Positions 25,638-28,272 of a DNA stretch of 28,272 nt are shown one piece after another; the first letter of the stretch is position 1, and each line of letters opens with the position of its first letter. The stretch is taken from positions 1-28,272 of IMG/VR virus record IMGVR_UViG_3300030330_004252; one strand, given 5' to 3'. The translations under genes and the position numbers were made by a program. The stretch is from a virus. Its lineage: Duplodnaviria > Caudoviricetes. The notes beneath the pieces are model-generated. The model ran no database searches and was not told where the DNA came from. It saw nothing but the letters and a program-made list of their open reading frames with translations.

Positions 25638-25770
25638 CTATCCTTACTAATTTCTTTCCTTTTGTTTTTTTCCACTTTTTTTTATGCGGTGAGTTAAATA
25701 TTTTATCCCATGCATTTTTAAATTCTTCGTCGCTTATTTCTTTTGGCCTTCGTGTGCTGCCTTTACTCAT
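25618..25770 (-). CDS. Small basic protein, 50 aa (MSKGSTRRP...F..AWDKIF)
   Basis: Overlaps the portal end and the capsid start; KGS.RRP/WD.IF pattern seen in small phage proteins; start set to ATG 25770. Confidence 0.6.
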   Translation of the reverse strand: MSKGSTRRPKEISDEEFKNAWDKIFNSPHKKKWKKTKGKKLVRIDGKLQT

Positions 25771-27232
25771 CTTCGTCAGCTTGTTGTATTTCTGCATCAA
25801 CTGGCATTTTTTGTGCGCCGAATGGCTGATATGCTGTTTTTATGCCATATTGTTCAGCAAGCTTTTCTTCTCTTTCGTGTTGTTCAAATAATTCTTCTAC
25901 GTCTCTGCCATAATTAGTTTGTACGTCTTGCATAGTAATAACTCCAGCATTCAGTCCGTCAACATTTGCTTTTACTTCTTTAACTGGGTCTATCCATCCC
26001 CAAGAACGTGGTACATACATAATATTGTCTGCAAATTTATCAAATTTGTCTGCAGGAAGTGGGAAAGTAGGATTAAATGACATTTGTGAAAGTAGCCATT
26101 GATTAAACACTGGTTCTATAAAATGCTCAATCATGAATTTTTGCAATATTCTAAAATTGTCTCTTTCTTCTAATGTGCCTTGTCTTATAGAAGAATAATT
26201 TACGCCTTCTAAGTTATTTGCTAATGACACATAACTAACACCTAAACCACTTGCAATACCTCGTAATACAGATTTATGAAAACTATCAAAACCGCTTGTA
26301 GGGTGTTGCGGGTCAAATTGTTTAAAATCCATACCGTCTGGCAATTGCTCAAAGCTACCAGCTTCTGCATTCATTATAGGATTAAAGTCGTCATCGCCGT
26401 CGCCGACATATCCGTCACCGGCAGGACTTGTAAAAAAGCCCATTTTGCTTGCAGCTACACGACTTGCAACTAACTCTGCTTCTAAGTAGCCATCAAGCAT
26501 TTTTAATCCGTCTAAACTTGTTGTCATAAACGGTACGCCTCTTGTTTGTTCTGGCCTTTCGCTTACATATGAATGTAATAATTCATTTGCACTTACTTCA
26601 ATGTGTGTTCTGTCATATTTACCAAAACCTTGTTTATGCGGATGTTCTGCAAATAAAAAGTACGAAACAGGCTTTTTAAACTTATCGAGCTTGACGCCCA
26701 TTATTATTTCGCCATCGTTATTCAAAACTTCATCTTTTTCTTCGTCAAGATAATCAGCGTCTAAAAACTGTATTTTGTATGGCTGTTCTTTATTTCTAGT
26801 TTTTATATGTCTAACTAAAACTTCTCCATCTCTTGCTAGTGTTTCTATAAATAGCTTTTGTGCATCTAGAAAGCTCATTCTACCGTCAACAGTACAATTT
26901 CCTCTTTTACACCATTTATTCCAGTTATTTTCTATTATTTGATTGCCTATTTTGTCGATGCTATTATCTGCATTACGTGCTTTACTTTGTATTCTTATGC
27001 CATTTTGTCCTACAACGTTTGTAACTAATAATTGTAAATATCTTTTTGCATAGTCATTATTTCTTGCTTGTTCTCTACATCTATCTCTAATTTTTCTAAG
27101 GTTAAATCTAATAGCGCTATCTGCACTCAAGCTACCGCTCATCCAATCTGCAAAAAGACCACCGCCTTGTGTAGCTTTATAATTGCGTATTTTACGTTTG
27201 CGTTTTTTTGTAAATCTATCCCAAATAGCCAT
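25763..27232 (-). CDS. Portal protein, lambda family
   Basis: R.R.R..ARNN.YA, DGEVLV, QTRGVP, IASGLGVSY..L, NYSSIR, WIDPVKE. Confidence 0.95.
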   Translation of the reverse strand: MAIWDRFTKKRKRKIRNYKATQGGGLFADWMSGSLSADSAIRFNLRKIRDRCREQARNNDYAKRYLQLLVTNVVGQNGIRIQSKARNADNSIDKIGNQIIENNWNKWCKRGNCTVDGRMSFLDAQKLFIETLARDGEVLVRHIKTRNKEQPYKIQFLDADYLDEEKDEVLNNDGEIIMGVKLDKFKKPVSYFLFAEHPHKQGFGKYDRTHIEVSANELLHSYVSERPEQTRGVPFMTTSLDGLKMLDGYLEAELVASRVAASKMGFFTSPAGDGYVGDGDDDFNPIMNAEAGSFEQLPDGMDFKQFDPQHPTSGFDSFHKSVLRGIASGLGVSYVSLANNLEGVNYSSIRQGTLEERDNFRILQKFMIEHFIEPVFNQWLLSQMSFNPTFPLPADKFDKFADNIMYVPRSWGWIDPVKEVKANVDGLNAGVITMQDVQTNYGRDVEELFEQHEREEKLAEQYGIKTAYQPFGAQKMPVDAEIQQADEDE

Positions 27233-27813
27233 TAAAATCTTACCTTAATTGTGTTACCAGTATTTTGCTCGTTTTTAATTCTTGCTTTTTTTAACTCTTC
27301 GTTATATTCTGCTTTATATCTAGCTCTAAAAAAGTGTAAGTCTTGTATTGTCATACGAGATAAACTTCTGCCAGCAATAGAGTATGACATTTGGTCTTGT
27401 GACGCTCTATTTTCTATAATTGCCTCAATTGCGTCCAATACTTTCTTTGCATGACTTCTTACGTCACTAGCTGCTAACTCTGTATTTGCAAGTATTTTTG
27501 TTCTGCCTTCGTCAACAGTAAAACGCTCGTTGTCACTACTTCTTTTAACAAAAGCTTTCCATTGATATTCTCCTGCAGTAAGACTTGCTGTTGATGAGCT
27601 AGCTACTTCTATAAAATAGTTGTTATCTGCCTCTGTTGCAGATATAGCAAAAGTTGCTGCACCTGCGTCATCAGTAAAAGTATAACTTAACGCAAAATCG
27701 GCAATAGCATAATCACTAACTAAGTCGGGTCTTTGCCATACCCATCTATCGCCTACTACTAATTCGTTAGGTTCTTGTTTTGGATAATTTGTTCTGTCGA
27801 ATATATTTGCCAT
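27232..27813 (-). CDS. Head-tail adaptor (gpW-like C-terminus with extra N-terminal domain)
   Basis: Between TerL and portal; LDAIEA...SYSIAGRSLSRM...L...RARY...IKVRF. Confidence 0.75.
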   Translation of the reverse strand: MANIFDRTNYPKQEPNELVVGDRWVWQRPDLVSDYAIADFALSYTFTDDAGAATFAISATEADNNYFIEVASSSTASLTAGEYQWKAFVKRSSDNERFTVDEGRTKILANTELAASDVRSHAKKVLDAIEAIIENRASQDQMSYSIAGRSLSRMTIQDLHFFRARYKAEYNEELKKARIKNEQNTGNTIKVRF

Positions 27814-27846
27814 TTATTTTTATATATAACTAATCCATATTGTATA

Positions 27847-28272
27847 TTAATCGCGCCATGAATTAACAAAGTTTCTTGGTTTTCTTTGATACAATCTCCT
27901 GCGTTGCTGTACTATGCTTTCTTGTTGTTTCGGCTCAGCCTTTGTTTTTTTGCCATGTTTTAACATTTCAAAATCCGGATGCAATATTTGTACTGCAGCT
28001 AATGCATACACAAAAGTATCTAATGCTTCATTACGTTTTCTTATTTGTTGCCAAACAAGTGTTTTCTTTCCTTTGTTATATCTTGGCACTCTTTTTTCAC
28101 TTGTTAATTGCAAAAAGTACTCATCGTCTAGCGTGTTAGGAAAGTGTATAAGGTTTTCTTCTGACTGCAATCGTGCAAATATCCATTCTTTTGCAGTATC
28201 TGTGCCGACAGGATAAAGCAAGTTTTTACGTTTACCTACTAACGTAGGCTTTCCTGCAATAGGTTTACCTGG
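27847..28272 (-). CDS. terL: Terminase large subunit, lambda gpA type, C-terminal nuclease part (5' truncated by window)
   Basis: VGTDTAKE, IHFP...EYF.QLTSE, W...RNEALDTFVYALAA; frame stays open to the window edge. Confidence 0.93.
   Translation of the reverse strand, partial: PGKPIAGKPTLVGKRKNLLYPVGTDTAKEWIFARLQSEENLIHFPNTLDDEYFLQLTSEKRVPRYNKGKKTLVWQQIRKRNEALDTFVYALAAVQILHPDFEMLKHGKKTKAEPKQQESIVQQRRRLYQRKPRNFVNSWRD

Noticed and set aside
9315-28216. Plus-strand ORFs in the track opposite structural genes (e.g. 9976-10353, 13862-14302, 18325-18717, 19456-19956, 24205-24579)
   Set aside because: Antisense shadows of well-supported minus-strand genes, with no SD and no recognisable motifs.
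1-28272. tRNA/rRNA genes, integrase, att sites, IS elements, alternative genetic code
   Set aside because: No cloverleaf, recombinase or transposase motifs seen; genes tile fully under the standard code with TAA, TAG and TGA all used as stops.

Overview
About 28 kb of an AT-rich tailed-phage (siphovirus-like) genome with two arms. The minus strand from 28272 to about 8245 carries a lambda-like morphogenesis and lysis arm: TerL C-terminus, adaptor, portal, a multi-domain protease-capsid fusion, head closure, GTA-type holin, two tail-terminator paralogues flanking a repeat-rich fibre, tail tube, frameshifted G/GT chaperones, tape measure, tail tip and endolysin. Positions 1-8285 hold divergent early genes: leftward are small regulators, an SSB-like protein and the start of a helicase; rightward are a DNA-modification operon, a YqaJ exonuclease and an HNH-like protein. 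The main find is the operon at 1819-6677. It couples a T4-gp42-type dCMP hydroxymethylase (cytosine-specifying Asp retained) to an amino-acid:DNA transferase-like protein and a PLP enzyme, which I know from thymine (hmU) hypermodification. The cluster has no P-loop kinase. Instead it encodes a protein that looks like a T4 beta-glucosyltransferase acceptor domain fused to an SGNH acyltransferase domain. This suggests a possibly undescribed acyl-dependent, amino-acid-derived cytosine hypermodification pathway. All family calls come from motif recognition and recalled reference sequences; no searches were run.
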